From Neocallimastix sp. 'constans' (lineage: Eukaryota), in the NCBI GenBank assembly GCA_050613775.1, contig JBODTK010000016.1, positions 992,001 through 1,056,000 on the forward strand: a stretch of DNA of 64,000 nucleotides. Direction: 5' to 3'. A model generated the notes under the pieces. The model was given only the letters and a program-made list of their open reading frames with translations, ran no database searches and was not told the origin of the DNA. Position numbers and translations under genes: made by a program. How positions within the stretch are numbered: the stretch's first letter is position 1; every line of letters starts with the position of its first letter. Positions 58,038 through 64,000 of the stretch are shown piece after piece.

Positions 58038-61000
58038 TTTAATATTATTTATTTATTTATTTATTTATTTTAATTTCAATGTTATAAAGAGCTTAATTGT
58101 AGATAATTAGTTTTTTTTTTTTTTTTTTAATAGATAATTTTTTTTTTTTTTTAATTGATTTCTTAATTATTTATTATCAATTGGTATATTGTTTAATTGT
58201 AATATTTTATATTGACAATTTTTCATATTTTACAAATGATATAAAAAGCATAATTCGAATTTGATTTATATATATATATCTACAAAAATACGAAAATTAT
58301 TAGATATTTCAAAAAATCTATTTCTATATAATTATATAGAGAAAATAAACTTTTATTATTATTATTTTTTTATGAATATATTTATTTTCTTTATTTATAT
58401 TTTTATCAACAACAATAACAATAAAATAAATTTAATTATTATATTAGATATTAAAATAATTTTAAAATTATTAAATTTATTTTTATTATTTAAGGATATA
58501 TATATTTTAAAATATATTAATTTGTTATAATATAACTTTCATTATTTTTTATTTAATTGATAATTAAATAATTTGAATATATATATTAATTAATAATAAT
58601 CATTAAAGGTAAAAATAAATATATATATTTTTCTCTATAATTTGTTTTAATATATATATATAAAATTCTTTATTTTATATCTATAAAAAAAAATAAAATA
58701 AAAAATAAAAAAATAAAAAATAAAAATAAAAAATATCTACTTATAATAATAATATTAACAATAATAATAATAATAATAATATTGATAATAATTATTAAAT
58801 AAATAAAAAAAAAAAAAAAAAAAAGAGAGAAATAAAAATAAAAATCGAAACAGAAACAAAAAAATTTTTAAACTTTATTAATTATTACATTATTTAATTT
58901 TTAAAATTTTATATAATATTCATATATTGTAATACATTTAAATATATATTAATGATGAAACCAAATAACTTTTTTTTTGTATTCATATCATAATAATTAA
59001 AAATATAAAAAATTAATATGAAAATTAATATGAAAATTAATATAATTATTAAATACACTACCTATTTAATATTTCATGTTTTTTTTTTTTCTTTTCTAGA
59101 ACAATTTTTTAAAAAAAAGTTAAGTATAATTATTCTTATAGAAAGTTATTCATTCAATATTTATAAATATTGAAATTTATTATTTATTTTCAATACGATA
59201 CTATTAGTTTGTTATTGATGTTTCATTATTGGTATTAATTTTAAATTACTAATAGTAATCATTATTTTAGTATTCTGTCAACAACTAAAAAAGAAACAAA
59301 GTAGCAATAAAAAATTTTATAAAAAGAAACAAAATAATAATAAAATATTTTATAATATTATGTACTATATTAAGATATATGAATATAATTGTTTATGGTA
59401 ATAAAATTGCCAAAAAAAATAATTAAATAATTTAATATATTTTATTAATAAAATTTATTAATTTTAATAATAATTAAAGTTATAAAAGTATTTGTAATTA
59501 TGAAAATATAATTCAAAATAAATTAGTAATAAATAATGTTTGTACTTTATATACATTTTATATTGAAACTTAAATTTTTCACGTAATACAAAAAAGAATT
59601 ATGAAATAATCTATTTTTGGAAATATTATTAATAAGTTCCCACCTTTTAATTATTATGGCCAGTATACAAGTTAAAATTGTTTTATAGCGAATTACTTTT
59701 TTTTTTTTAATATTAATAGAACAGAAACTTATGGATGAATTTACTACATTTGAGAGTATTTTTAAAATGTTACATATAGAATCCTTTTTTTTTTTTTAAT
59801 TTGTTTATTAAATCAAATATAGGTAATTTTAAAAAAGAAGCAATTATAAGAGAAAATTATATTTTATTGAACATTAAAGTATTGACCTAATGTTCTAGGC
59901 TATTAAACCCTAATTGAATAAAATATTCTATTAGATCAATTAGTGCCAGTTCTTCATCAAATTTTTTAATCATTTTTGACTGAATTAATTTAATTGAGAT
60001 AAGTTCATAAAATTTTATAGAAGAATTATATTCTTATCATACACAATTTTTTTATATTTACTCTATCATAGAATTTTATATTGAAAAATTAATATGTTTT
60101 AAATGCTAGAACCTTTTTTTTTTTTTTTTATTTATGTATTAAATGTGGGAACTTTTTTATTTATTATTTATTTCTTAACTCTATATCATTAATTATTAAT
60201 TCTTTATATTTTAGAGGTGATACAAAAACACAAATATAATTAAATATTTAATACATTACACAAATATTATATTAAAAAAATTAATTAAAACAATTTTAAA
60301 ACATATACGAAAATATTAAATTATTTTTTATTTATATTATGTATATTATGATTTTATTGGTTATAAATTTTTTTATTTGTGAAACCATCTAATGTAATAT
60401 AAAATTTAACATCATATTTTTTAAATTAATATTAAAATAAATCAATAAATAAATTATTATTTAGTAATAAATGAATATTTCAAATATAAAGGTAACGTAA
60501 TACTACACTACTGTTATTTTTAATTAAAATAAATTAAATTATTAATTTAATATTATAGTTTTATTTTTTAAAATAGATTATCAATCGAAAAATTAAATAA
60601 AAAGTTCAGACTTTTGAACATGAAGTTTAAAAACTTTAAATACAAAGTTTATTTTTATAAATAATAAATATTTTTTTTATAAATAATAATAGTAAAATAA
60701 ATAAATAAATAAATAAATAAATAAATTGCTAATATTTAATATAGTAGTAGTATTATAGAAATTTTATAAAACAGGTATATATATATATATATATTTATAT
60801 ATTTTCTATAAAATTAATTATTCATATAGCATTATAAAATTATTGAATAAATTTTAAAAAAGAAAAAATGCATTTTAACATAAATTCTTGCTTTAAAAAC
60901 AGTATACTTTTAAATTAATAATTATAAATATAATTATTTATATCATCTTTCTTTTTTTTTTTTGTTGTTGACTTTATTAAAATTTATTTTCAAAATAATA

Positions 61001-61259
61001 ATAATAATTATTATTATTATTTATTATTTATTTTTTATTTTTTTTTTTTTATATGTAATTTCATCCTATGGTGTATTACTTTTGAATCTTTAACTATACA
61101 ATTTTTTAATATTATATATATATTTAATCTTCCTAAAAATCATTTATATAATAATTAAAAAGTTAAGATTAATCTTATTATTATTTTTATTGAAAGATTA
61201 ATCTGAACTTTTAATAAATGTACGTTATTGACTTTTATTTTTAATTTTAATTTTCTTTT

Positions 61260-61297
<38 letters not shown>

Positions 61298-61495
61298 AAA
61301 TTTTAAAACTTATAGTCATCATTAATGTGAAGAAAAAAATTTTTACATAAAACAAAGAATAAAATAACAATTTTCTTATATATATATACTGTTTTTTAAA
61401 AAAAAAAAAATAATAATAATTATAATAATTATAATAAAAATAAAAAAAATAAATAAATAATAAAGTAATAAAAAAAATTATTAATCTATCAAGGA

Positions 61496-64000
<2,505 letters not shown>

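Overview
Extremely AT-rich, intron-containing eukaryotic DNA. The tandem CBM10-type non-catalytic dockerin domains and the base composition point to an anaerobic gut fungus (Neocallimastigomycota). I reconstructed nine spliced genes by hand from GT..AG boundaries and frame continuity: (1) a secreted double-dockerin protein fused to a bacterial-type tannase-like alpha/beta hydrolase with an altered catalytic triad; (2) a small coiled-coil hypothetical; (3) Dcp1 with a metazoan/plant-style HLM and trimerization domain; (4) a type I membrane protein with tandem bacterial-like Ig-fold domains and a sorting-signal-rich tail; (5) a kinase-less LRR receptor-like protein with five exact 72-nt one-repeat exons; (6) a large Ser/Thr-rich hypothetical with an unresolved 5' end; (7) an 8-exon gene matching NELF-A, the Pol II pausing factor subunit, at both conserved ends; (8) a 7TM GPCR-like protein; (9) a divergent casein kinase 1 running off the window end. 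Mobile DNA: a tRNA-derived SINE-like insertion with a 15-bp target-site duplication, a decayed LINE reverse transcriptase, a possible LINE 3' fragment and possible TIR-bounded elements. The strongest candidates for a second look are the fungal NELF-A, the cellulosomal tannase-like protein and the SINE. All homology calls come from motif recognition from memory; no database searches were run.
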